A DNA stretch of 64,000 nucleotides, taken from the IMG/VR virus record IMGVR_UViG_3300045988_174698; one strand, given 5' to 3'. The notes under the pieces are model-generated. The model did not search any database, was not told the DNA's origin, and worked only from the letters and a program-made list of their open reading frames with translations. The translations under genes were made by a program, and so were the position numbers. Positions 1 to 11,467 of this stretch are shown one piece after another; positions within the stretch are counted from its first letter, which is position 1; the number at the start of each line of letters is the position of its first letter. Origin of the DNA: a virus.

Positions 1-1761
1 ATATATCCAGAATTAGAAGAAGGGTCTTCATTATATAATTTCTATAATAAATACAATTTAATATATGAAGATATAAATGGTAATATTAGACATGGAGATT
101 TAGAAGCCAAACTTGGTAAACCTAAAGAAGCTATAAAGGCTAGACAAGATTACTTTAAGTCTAGAAAAGAAATGGCTAATATCTGGCAATCTTTTGACTT
201 AGTTAGATTTATTACCGATCCAATCTACAAACAGGAAAGTATTGAAAAATATGAACAAAATAAGGTTAATTTTAATATTTTGGAAGTAATCAGTGCAGTT
301 CCTCATTTTAGAGAAATGTTTAATGTTCTTGCAATTAACAAAAGTGTTCTTAATAGTTTATCATCTAGAAATAGGTTAGAAGATATAATTCTAAACCAAC
401 TTAGTAGGAACTTTGCTGGAGTTCGTATGGATGTAAGCAAACCACTAAATAAACTTGAAATTAGAACTATAAAAGATCAGATAGATAAGTATCTTATTAG
501 ATCTTGGATTATTAGTAAAGGAATTGAAATAAATGTTCCCGCTAGTCCTAAGAATCCAGCTCCTTATATATTAAGATTGGATAATGAAAATAATATTAAC
601 AAGTTTAGAAGTTATGTTGAAAACTACGCTATTCCTTTATTAAAGGATAAGTTGAAAAATAATAAGTTTGTTCAGCTATTAACTTTTGGACTAAGACAAG
701 GAGTTCCATTCTATAAGCTACCACTTAACATGGTTCAAGTTGATAACACTCAGAAGACTAGGGCTTTATACGAAGAAGCATTATATGCTTTTAATAACCT
801 TAATAAGGTCAAAATAACTGGTATAGATATGAACTTAGTGGATATGTTTTATCTATATAACTTAGTTGTTAATCAAGATAAATTTGGTCCTAATTCTATG
901 ACTAGGATATTTGAAGACTTAGTATCATCTGGTAATGAAGATCTTCTTATATATGATTTTAATAATTGAATTGATAGTCAAAATATTGAAGACTTAGTTA
1001 ACAGATTTAGAACAGAAGAAAATAGTATTAGGTTTAATTTAGTAGAATCAACTCCTATTGTAGATGACACAAATTCTGATATTGGATTTAAAGAAACTCC
1101 TTTAGAAGAGGATATTGAAGAGGCTCAATATGAAGAATTAGCAGATAATCCTGTTAAAGAAAATAATGAAGTAGCTGAATATTATCAAACTAACCCTTCA
1201 ACTAAATCAAAACTTATAACAATAATTAAAGAATCTAATTTAAAAGGACTTCACATAGTTACAGATTCTGATTTAGTTAATGAAGATTCTACTACTAGAA
1301 ATGCTAGGGGATTTGTGAAGAATGGTGAAATCTATATTAATGTAGATAGAGCCGAAGATGATACAGTAGTCCATGAATTTAGCCATTTATATTTAGCAGA
1401 TGCTAAAGTAAATAGTCCTAATGAATACTATTCAGTACTAAGTAGAGTTAGAAATACAGGTACTTGGAAATATATGAGAGAGATACCTGAATATCAAAAT
1501 AAAAGAGGATCTGATTTTGATGAAGAGGTTCTAGCAACTTTAATTGAGCGAGCATATAATGAGGGATTAGGAGGAGCAGATTATGATGTTGCAATAGATG
1601 CTCTGAATCTTACATCTCCAGAATTTAAATCATTTATAAAATCTGATATTCTACCATCATTAGGAGAGACATTAATAGAGAATTATAAGGTATCTCAAAA
1701 GATAGCTACACTTAAAAATAAGCTCATCAAAGATAATATTATTAAAGAGGATTGTAAATAA
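1..1761 (+). CDS. Large hypothetical protein, 5'-partial (open from position 1); one in-frame TGA at 967-969 read as sense
   Basis: Frame 1 is open from nt 1 through ORFs 172..969 and 1315..1761. The only interrupting codon is TGA. It ends with TAA at 1759-1761, overlapping the next ATG (TAATG). Confidence 0.55.
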
Positions 1762-4700
1762 TGGAATGTACATATGAAACTACAATAAACGGTAAGAAGA
1801 TAAAGTTCAGCTCCGAAATGGAGCTGGACAACTTCTTATCAAGTAAATTAGCAGATTATCAAATAAACGAATCAGATTTAACTTTTCAAATTAATCCTAT
1901 AGATAGTACTATAGAGAAGGTAAATGCTATTACAAGTAAAGTTAAAAATGCTTCTATAGAATCTGTAATTATAAATGATGATGGAGATTCAGAAACTATA
2001 CTTAAGATTCCTGACTCAATAGGTACTACTAGATTTATTACATCTAATGGGGATCCTTCTAATATGCAAAAGGAATTAGTTCCTCCTTTTAACTTAAATG
2101 ATTTCTTAAAAAAAGAAAGAGAAAGATTAAGTGCAGAAGGAATGACTAAATCTCAAATTGATTCATATTTAGAAAAGTTACAAAAGTCTTGAACTCAGTT
2201 AACTGATTATGGTACTGAAATACATTCCTTATTTGAAAGTATTATTAATAATACTACATTCAAACCAACTAATTTGAGTGAAGAACAGGTATTACGTTTA
2301 ACTGAAGAATTTAAATCCTTTATTGAAGATATTAAATCTAAATATGGTAAAAATGCTAAAATCTTAACAGAAGTTCCTATAATATCAGATAAAATTCATG
2401 AAGCATATCAATCAGAAGGAATTAAAAGTATTAATGGTAGAATTGATATGCTAGTTATTGACCAGAGAGGATTTGCTCATATTTATGATTTTAAAGTTTC
2501 TAGAAAAGAAGTAGGAATATGAGAGGATACTAGAAACATACAAGGATCAACTACATGGCACTCTACTAAAAAACGTTCTGTGGGGTATCAGTTAGGAATA
2601 TATAAGAATATTCTAGCACAATATGGCATTACTGTAGGAGAAACAAACGTTGTTCCTATTAAAATAGATCCAGAATATAATGAAGATGGAACTATTAATA
2701 AGCTAAATGATGCTTATATTGATTTTACTAAAATAAAAGTAAATCCTAATGCTCCATATACAGAAACTATAAATACTATTCTTCCAGTAAAAACATTACT
2801 TGATGATATTGATCTTATAAACTCAATTCAGGAACCAATGACTAAATTTGTTCCTAATTATGCAGTAGAAACTCAGGTACAGAGAAATACAGTTACTGTG
2901 GATAAATACATTAATAATCCTAGAATTGTACACTATATTGATGACACTGACCCAGAACGAAAGTTTGGAAAATACTGAATTTGGAATAAATATAAGAAGA
3001 ATCGTAAAGTATATGCTAAAACAGAGGAGGAACTCAGAGAAAAAGTACAAGAATTAGTAAATGAAGAAAATAAACATATTCACTCTGAAATGTCTACCTT
3101 AGCGGATACCATTCAACAAATTATTGAAGGATATGGATCCATTGATGACTTAGCTGCTGATAACCCATTTAAGTCTGATTATTGTAAAAAGATATTTAGA
3201 AAATATTTAGTAAAAAAGAGTGAAACTGACTATGGATGAACTTTTCAAAATAATCCTAAATTTATAGCTGCAGGTATATTTGTATTTACTAAGGATGGTA
3301 AAATGGAAATAATATCTGTTACTCATAATGATATTCATTCAGTTGTTAATTTAGGTCTTGGCAAATCTATTCAAGGAGCAACTAAAAAGGATAGTGATAT
3401 TGATAGTCATGTAATAATGCAAGCATCTAACGGTAATATTGACCTTGTTAAAGTTATGTGTTTATTAAATAATATGCCTGAGGTACTTAAAGGATACAAA
3501 GTTAATAAAATAGAATCACATAATATTTGAATTCAAAAAGGTACTGAGACCTATTTAGAAACTCTTTTAGATAATTTTTCTGAATTATGCAGGATACATG
3601 GTATTACCAATAATCTTACATCTCAAAATTTTGCAACAACATTAGAAGCAGCTGTAAATATAATAAGAGATACTGCTGGTGAAGAATTACTATCTCACAT
3701 GGGTAATTGAGAATTTAATTTTAGTCCTAATGATATTGTAAATGGAGTTCCATTCATCTTGCAGAAAATGGAACAACTAAGAAAATTAAAATCTGCAGAT
3801 GGCCTTCGTACTGCTTTAAGAGAAGGCAAATGAAATTTTGATGATCCTATTCAGCTAGCATATATGTTATTAGGCAGAGCACTAAATAAACTTAACGGAT
3901 ACTCTATTTATATTGAACAAGATCCTAAATTGTGAGTAAATTTTTCTAGGGAAGGATGATACACTGGTTCATATGTGAATAGTGCTAGTAACTCTTCTTC
4001 TAAAAATATTCAAACATTAAGTAAAATATTTTCAGTAGCAGAAGCTCATATTAGAAGGAAAGAATTATCATACAAACCTAGGATTAGTAAAGTAGTTAAG
4101 GCTTTATATGAATACAATCACAGAAATAGACTTATTGGAGGTGAGGTTAAGTTTTTTGATAACTTATTTGTTAAGGATACAAACGGTAATATAGATAAAT
4201 CATTTAGACTAAAAAATCCTTCAGATAGTAGTTTGGCTAAGGAAGAATCTGACTTTATTAAGATGTTTCTAGAGATAGTAAATGATTTTAGATTTGATGG
4301 TAATCAAAGTAAAATAGCTAAAGCCATTGAAGACGGTTCTTACTATGAAGTTCCTGTTTCTATGGGAAGTACATCTACTCAAATCCACAATAAAGGATAT
4401 AAACAAGCCTTTACATCTAAATATAATGAAGCTTTAAACTTTCTAAAACTTCTTCCTGAACAAGAGCAACAATTTAGGGAATCAAAAGGAGAGCCAAAGG
4501 TATATAATAAATATAGATTAAATGGACTTAGTAGATCTGATTTAATTGAAAATTATGGGATAGATGGTCTAGAAACTCAACTTGAAGATTTGCTATTAAA
4601 TGTCATCCATACATACACAATGGAAGAAGTAATGAATGAATATCTTCCCAGACTTCAAGGTATTAAGATTGCCTTACAATATCAAACTGGGATGTTTGGA

Positions 4701-6161
4701 GTAGTTACTGATCATGTTTTAGAATATATAGATAAATTTATTGATGCTAACGTTTATAGTAAGCCTATTATGGCTAAAGAATTGCAAGGTGCATATAAGA
4801 TGTTATCTGTAGTTAAATCAATAACAACAGCTACCGCTCTCGGTTTAAATCTTAGATCAGGTATTCGAGAAATGATGCAGGGAATGTGAATACATCTAAG
4901 TAGAACTATGGCAGAAGCTTATGGAAAGGATCAGTTTACTAAAAAAGATGTTGCTAAAGCATGGGCTATTATATTTAAACAAAGTGTTAAAGATATTAAT
5001 ACTTTAACATTAATTGATGCCTTAAATGTGGATTATGGAATGGCTAACGCCGATCCCCATCAAGTCCAAGAGAGACTAAGTTCATCTAAAGCAGGTATTA
5101 AAAATTTAGATTCTGATTCACTATACTTCTTTAATAGAGTACCTGACTCGTATCATAGAATGGGATTATTAATTGCTAAGATGTTGCATGACGGATGTTA
5201 TGAAGCTCATAGTATTGTCAATGACCAACTTATCTATGATTTCAAAAAGGATAAAAGATTTAGTTTATTGTCTGATTCTAAAGCTGATAAGAATTCTATA
5301 GAGTATAAAAAGCAACATGCTTTATATACTGCTATGAGAGAACAGTTTAATAGAGAAGGATGAAATATCCAAGATGGAGATGATTTACCACGGGCTTATA
5401 CTATTCAAGAAGGAACTAGTATTAAATCGTTTGCGGAATTATGCTTTGGGCACTATGATAAAAGTACGCAAATGCTTATGAAACAAATGTTTCTAGGTGC
5501 TATGATTCTACAATTCAGAACATTCCTATCAGCTAAGTTTGAACAGTGGATATTAAAGCCAGATACTTATAATCAAGGTCAATACACTGAAAAATTTGAT
5601 GAAAATGGAGTAAGATATATTCGTATATTTACATTTGATGAAAAAGGAATTCCATCTGTTAGAATCGGTCTTGAAACAGAATTAAAACCTGATGATATTT
5701 GGGAACCTTACATTGAATGGCAAGGCAGATTTATGGAGGGAATTGCATATTCAATAATTAGTTTTGGAAAAACATTATACAAGTTAGATTTTAATGGTTT
5801 TAAAGAACTATGAAAAAATCCAACTAAAAGAGCTAATTTCTATTTATTCTTACATGATATGATCTGAATGTCTATACTTATGTGAATTGTTAAAGCTCTA
5901 TTTTTATCTGAAGAAGAAGATCTTGGACCTGTGGGTCATTTAGTAGGTACTTCATTATATACATCTTTTTCTGACGGGCCAATTACTAATATTATGGCTT
6001 CAATGTTTGGAGATTTAAATCCACCTATGCATAGCATAGTTGTGAACTTATATAGACAAACTTCTGGAATAATTACAGGAGATGTTAATTTATTTGATGC
6101 TGGTGTCAATTCATTTGGAGCATTAAATAGTTTAAAATATATTGGTGATCAGTTAGAATAA
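1761..6161 (+). CDS. Very large hypothetical protein (~1466 aa) with >=8 in-frame TGA codons; internal PD-(D/E)xK-like segment (IDMLVID...IYDFKVS)
   Basis: The ORFs starting at 1761, 2274, 2580, 3303, 3975, 4908, 5472 and 5931 all share frame 0 and are separated only by TGA. It ends with TAA at 6159-6161, followed by a strong terminator. Confidence 0.55.
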
Positions 6162-6169
6162 AAAAAGAA

Positions 6170-6210
6170 CCCCTTTGTCGTACGCATAGTACAACAAAGG
6201 GGTATTTTAT
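6170..6210. terminator. Bidirectional rho-independent terminator between convergent genes
   Basis: Hairpin CCCCTTTG...CAAAGGGG with a T-run after it on the plus strand (TATTTTA) and on the minus strand (TTCTTTTTTTA). Confidence 0.75.
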
Positions 6211-6228
6211 AAATTTATAGTTAATAGA

Positions 6229-6735
6229 TTACTTGGGAATTAACACCATGTTCATTCTTTTACCTTCCAACTTTGGTTTAGATTCAACTTTAGCAATATC
6301 TTCAAGATCCGTAGTCAAACGTAACAAAAGAGATTCTCCCTGATCTTTAAACATAATTTCTCTACCTTTAAACATTATGTATGCTTTTACTTTAGCTTTT
6401 GAATTGATAAATTCTCTAGCATGTTTTAGTTTAAATTGATAATCATGTTCGTCTGTCTGTGGACCAAATCTTAGTTCTTTAACTATAACTTTCGCTTGAC
6501 CTGCTTTTAAGACTTTTTCCCGTTTTTTCTGTTGGTATAGAAATTTCTGATAATCTTGAAAAATACATACTGATACTTGGTTTTTATTGTTATCAATATA
6601 TACTGATAGTTCAATTAAATCAGTATTAGTATCTACAGCCTTCCTTAAAGCATCAGAAAGAGAAATTAACTCCCCGCTATCTTTTATTCTGATAATCTGA
6701 GAGTTAATTTCATAATTTATAGAGTAATTTTTCAT
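6229..6735 (-). CDS. infC: Translation initiation factor IF-3 homolog
   Basis: The C-terminal domain VKELRFGPQTDEHDYQFKLKHAREFI...IMFKGREI...KVESKPKLEGKRMNMVLIPK matches bacterial IF3 (KEIKFRPGTDEGDYQVKL...RFRGREM...MIMVLAPK). The N-terminal domain also aligns (DYQKFLYQQKKREK vs DYGKFLYEKSK). Confidence 0.85.
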   Translation of the reverse strand: MKNYSINYEINSQIIRIKDSGELISLSDALRKAVDTNTDLIELSVYIDNNKNQVSVCIFQDYQKFLYQQKKREKVLKAGQAKVIVKELRFGPQTDEHDYQFKLKHAREFINSKAKVKAYIMFKGREIMFKDQGESLLLRLTTDLEDIAKVESKPKLEGKRMNMVLIPK

Positions 6736-6903
6736 TTACTTCTTTACTTTCTTATCATTATTACATACTGTACAAGTACCTACTCCAGTTTTTTCATTTA
6801 TATTAAAAACTCTTTTAAATTTACCGTAAGTAGTATCTTGAAACTTGTGAACAATATTATTTTGTGCACAGCTGTTACAGTATTTTATTTCTGTATTTGC
6901 CAT
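6736..6903 (-). CDS. Small zinc-ribbon protein (55 aa; CxxC...CxxC)
   Basis: Manual translation gives MANTEIKYCNSCAQNN...TCTVCNNDKKVKK*. Its stop directly abuts the IF3 start. Confidence 0.4.
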   Translation of the reverse strand: MANTEIKYCNSCAQNNIVHKFQDTTYGKFKRVFNINEKTGVGTCTVCNNDKKVKK

Positions 6904-6937
6904 TTTTATATATTTTAAAATTAATTATTTAAGTATT

Positions 6938-7620
6938 TTAGAAGCTAAATCTGAAACTTTATTAAATAGATTCTCGATACTTCCATCATTATTAATGATA
7001 TAATCAAATTTATTATTTTGAAATAGTTCTATTACTTCACTTTCACTACGATGAGACCCTGGAATTTGATTTCTGTCTATATAAATAACTATTCCATTAT
7101 TATTTTTTACTTGTTCATATTCATTAATAAATCTTAAATCTGATATAATAATATTATCTTTATCTAATAAAGTTCTTAGTACTCAGAAGTTATTTCCAAA
7201 ATATTCTCTTATTATTTCAGTTCCAAATATTTGTAAAAGTTGTCTAATACTAATATAATAGTTTGATATAACATTTAACTTTTTTGATTTTATCATTCTG
7301 CTTAGTTGCTTATCTGTGATCATTAGATTATTATCAGGAAAAGCTGTAATATGGATACTCTGTAGGTTAATATATCAATTCTCCTTGAAATCTCTATCAT
7401 TAAATTTTTCAACTGGAACATTAATTAAAACAGATAAAGCTTCCTTCATTGAAGAGGCGAAACTTGTGATTTCATATTTAGATACAATAAAATCATATAC
7501 TAGGCAATACAACCAATATTGTCTCATTCATTTGGGAACTGAAAGACAATATCTTATCATATGGGCAGTTAAATCCTTACCAGAATTTTTAAGCCCAGAA
7601 ATTGCTATAATAGTCTTCAT
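6938..7620 (-). CDS. T4 gp1-like deoxynucleoside monophosphate kinase (3 TGA codons)
   Basis: MKTIIAISGLKNSGKDLTAHMI matches T4 dNMP kinase MKLIFLSGVKRSGKDTTADFI. ISDLRFINEYE and GSIENLFNKV also match. The TGA in NNF[TGA]VLRTL aligns with Trp in T4 (MYWVKLF). Confidence 0.8.
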
Positions 7621-7623
7621 TAG

Positions 7624-8838
7624 TTATTCAAGTGTAAATTTAGCAGTAAAGTTCATATTAGGATATGAATCCTTAAGGGACCCATTATACACTGAATATA
7701 ACTTTTTTATAATGCTGTCCTTAATAAAGTTTCTAGATAGTTCTTTGTCTTTGCTGTTAGTACTATTTAAGTACAATTTGTCTATTATATAGTTAATAAA
7801 CCCCTCATAAACTTCTTCTTTTTTTATCTCTAAAATAGATAATATATAGTTAAATGACTTAGAATTATAAATGTTAGATTCTTTAATAATTTTCCAATTG
7901 TGTAAGAGATAAATACTAATTATGCATTGGTACTTTTTTATATTATACGAAGATAGAAGCTTTATACCTAAAGTAATATCATCAAGATTAGTAGATAATA
8001 TCATTTTACCTAAGCTTACAACACTATCTTCTGTTAATTCAAGTTGATTATTAGCAACAATTTCATTTAAATCGGAATCATACATAATATCTGAATATTT
8101 TGTTTGTAAATTTTCGATAAATTCAACTTCTTTAATATTAGATAGTAAAACTACAGAACCATAATATATTTGTTTACAATCGTTTGGTAACACAGATCCA
8201 TTTATTAACATAGAGGCCCATCCATATAGTCCTTCAAGATTTGGATCTTTATATTTGTTAAATACAGAGTTGAAATATGAAGATTTATTAGGGTCTAAAA
8301 TCTTATCTATAATATAGTCTATAAAATAATAGCAGTTTTTACTTGAGGAATACAAAATTAAAACGTCCTTAATCTTTTTAGATGATACTAACGATGATAC
8401 TTCATAGGTCTCAAAAGATATTTTATCGCTTATAACAATAGCATCTGCTTTAGATGGGTCTAAGCAACGTTTAATATTAGTTAAACTATTAAGGTTACGT
8501 CGTGGATATTCACTGGTAGGATCAAAATATATCTTTTTTAAGTTAAGTTGACTACTAATTCTATGCTTAGAATTAATTTTATTATTAATACAAGTACTAT
8601 CTCCAAGATATATACCTTTTGCAGTCACAGGTGTAGTAACTATTTTACCATTCTTATAGTATAGATAAGAAGAACTATAAAAATCAGCATTATACCAAAT
8701 ATAACTGTGTTCAGTGTCTCCAAAGTCGTTTAATCATACCAGATCTGTTAAACTAGCATCCTCAACATTAGTATCAAATCTTGTTTTTTGGTTATATATA
8801 ATATATTTTATATTATTTTTATTAATATGTAATAACAT
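7624..8838 (-). CDS. Hypothetical protein (~404 aa, one TGA)
   Basis: ORF 7624..8628 extends upstream through a TGA to the ATG at 8836-8838. Confidence 0.45.
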
Positions 8839-8839
8839 T

Positions 8840-11462
8840 TTAAATAAGTTTTGCAGCTAATTTTGGGTTAAGTAATAGTTTATTACATTTACCAGGATAG
8901 TGTTTGTTTAGTGTTCTTACTAGGCTAAAGAGTAGATCTTCAGTTAACAATAACTTATCATTATCAACTATCCTAAGAATACGATCTATAATTAGGTCCA
9001 TTTTACACCCAGGTTTACTAAGATATAATAAGCTATAATTTATAAATCTAGTGGTAATTACAGAAGCTATATCGGCACGATACTTACCTTTATCATATAA
9101 TTGATTCTCAAGTATCCTTTTAATATCGTTCCAATCCGTATTAACTAGTTCTTCTGGGGAAGGAAGTTTATCTAATTTATTAGCTATGAATGTAGTAAAT
9201 AATCCCCCAACAATATCATCACTATCAAGAAAACATCCAGAAGCTATTTGCAGAATAAAGGATAAATTCTCAGGTTTAGACCAATCATCAATACTAGAAA
9301 TAGTATTAATAAACATAGTATAATTGCGAGCATTAATTTTAGACTGCCTAGATTTTGAACGGTCCATTAATTCATCACTATAAAGAAGCATAAAGTTAAT
9401 CGCCTGATTATTATACCCTTTTTCCTCGGCATATTTAGCCCAATCATATTTATCAAACTTAATATTAAAGTTTAACATACGGGTTTTTATAGCCTCATCA
9501 ATTTCTGTTACATTAAAATCTCCCCCTTCAGGATTAGCTGTTAAAATAACAGTACTATTAGGAGGTAATTTCCAAGAGAAATATTCTTGTCTTGATATAA
9601 GCTCCATAATAGCAGCCAATACAATTGGAGAGCTACGATTCACATCGTCAAGATTCAAAATTGTAGGTTTACTTAGATCAATACTTTTTATCCATTCTGG
9701 AATTGCATAGCTCATTCTAGTTTCCTCAGATATTTCCCAACCTGCTTTACTATAACTTTCTATAAGTTCTGCAGTTATCCATCTACATTCATCATTTTTA
9801 CATACATAGTGCTCTTTAATTGGCCACCCGCAAATTTCTCCTGGGTCTGAAATTTGACTAAGGTTTTTCTTGATGTAATTAGCACCAATTTCACTAGCTA
9901 TTTGTTCGATTAAACTCGTTTTCAATTTTGTTATCTCTAGAGCTTTTTATCTCTAGATTCTATATCTTCATATTCGATATAGTTCAGCATATCTTTTCAC
10001 CTCTAAAAATAGTAAGGTGGAGCACACTCGTGGGAAAATTATATTCTGTACAACAGGTTCATTTCCTATGCGTTGCACTGTAGCAAATCATTTAAATCTG
10101 CTATTAGCTCAGGATTAGCATCTCAGCCTTCCCTGAATTTGCGCTCTAATAATTTTAAAGATTTCTCTTTAAAACGGCAATCTTTGATTTTATTAAATAT
10201 TTGATATTTTCTATCTAAATAAATTGTTGATTTATAATATAGGTGATATAAGTAGGCAGTTGCCTTTATTCCCGAAAAACTAAATGCAAAAGTAAAATCG
10301 CTATGATTATTAGAAAACAAATGTCTAGGCTCTAAGTAGCTTACCATTTTACTTAAAAATTCTTTTGCACCTAAACAGCTTATTTCTGGTTTATCATATA
10401 ATCCTAATGACCCATCACCATCAAAATATCCTCTAATAAAATGTCTTATTAAATCTTTAGACTTAAAGATATTTTCATTAGGAAATTTTAAAGTCAGTGA
10501 CTTTTTAGGAGTACATCCGTAAGAATTTAATGTTTCTCATAAGTGTTTATTTGTTAGAGCAAATCTACATCTAAAATATTGCTTATTGTTACATATAATA
10601 GATGATATTTTTACTCTATTACCTGTTACTTGAAAAAACTTCTGTAATTTATATAAATGTTCCACATCAGATCCTTTTAAAGAAACTTCAAAATTATAAT
10701 GAGGTTTTCCATTTTTAGGAATTGAAGCAATATATCCATCAGCAAAAATAAAACCCAATCAATAAGCTTTTTCTTCGGTATCTATAATATCAAAAATGTG
10801 TTCATTAAATTTTAGCATATTTTGAGTATTAATAACTGGTATTCCAAGTTTCTTTAATCTAATAGAAAAATTGCTTCGACTAAATTTATATTTATTACTT
10901 ATTTGTGTTAGGCTATAACCATTACTATACATCTGCACTGCCTCTTCAAAGTAAGTATCTAAATTACTCTTTCGTATATTAATGTTATTATTATGAAGAA
11001 TAGTGGAAATAGTATTTCTGGATACATTATATAGTTTAGCTATATCACTACAAGTTTTACCCAAATTATATAGTTTACAAATATTAATTTTTTCAGATAA
11101 TATTAATTTACTACACTCTCTACAAAGAGAATTTCTATTAGCTACACGACTAACTGTAGTAGGATGTACTTTACAAATTTTACTTATATCTTTAATCTTA
11201 TAACCTTGATTATATAAATCAATAATCTTATTTTCTAAATCATTACTAATTTTTTGCATAATATTTAAATTTTAAATAAATTAAATCTATGCAAAAGTAA
11301 TAATATAAAACAATTTAATCAAATATTTTATAATAAATTACCTATACCAGGAAGTGAAGTAAGTTGAACACTTATTGGAAATTCTCCTCTTTCTTGGAGA
11401 GATCTATTATTGTTTATAATATATTTTAAAATAGGTTTTATTTCTCCTAATGTTAGTTCCAT
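8840..11462 (-). CDS. MoxR-like AAA+ ATPase, split by a group I intron: exon 1 at 11462..11340, exon 2 at 9922..8840 (~401 aa spliced)
   Basis: Exon 1 ends ...SLPGIG and exon 2 starts KTSLIEQIASEIG..., which reconstitutes the Walker A motif GIGKTSL. The ILTANPEGG sensor region is MoxR-like. The unspliced read-through hits a stop after 3 codons. Confidence 0.7.
9923..11339 (-). mobile_element. Group I intron (family R, copy 1) with LAGLIDADG homing-endonuclease ORF, inserted in the Walker A codons of the MoxR ATPase
   Basis: The 5' exon ends in T (GGT|) and the intron ends in G (...ACAAAATTG|). The 3' core (10130..9935) carries an S-like element GAAGATATAGAATC and blocks shared with four other loci. 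Confidence 0.65.
10123..11259 (-). CDS. Intron-encoded homing endonuclease: N-terminal repeated HTH modules plus double LAGLIDADG (GFIFADGYI, GYFDGDGSL); 3 TGA codons
   Basis: ORFs 10759..11259, 10537..10758 and 10123..10347 are in frame and joined by TGA (the TCA at 10759-10761 and 10537-10539 on the plus strand). Confidence 0.7.
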
Positions 11463-11467
11463 ATTTA

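Noticed and set aside
2823-3050. Six-frame ORFs antisense to or overlapping confidently assigned genes (for example 2823..3050-, 7316..7792+, 11003..11203+, 23198..23506+, 24845..25186+, 25897..26541+, 30309..30591+, 38300..38875+, 45631..46217 both strands, 57962..58234+)
   Set aside because: They lie entirely within longer homolog-supported genes on the opposite strand, or within tRNA or intron regions. They are low-complexity AT-rich translations (I/L/F/N/K-rich) typical of spurious ORFs.
172-6161. Interpretation of the many adjacent same-frame ORF fragments as pseudogenes or a degraded genome
   Set aside because: The fragments are always in the same frame and separated only by TGA (never TAA or TAG). 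Conserved motifs continue across the TGA, and TGA aligns with Trp in homologs. Stop-codon reassignment explains all cases.
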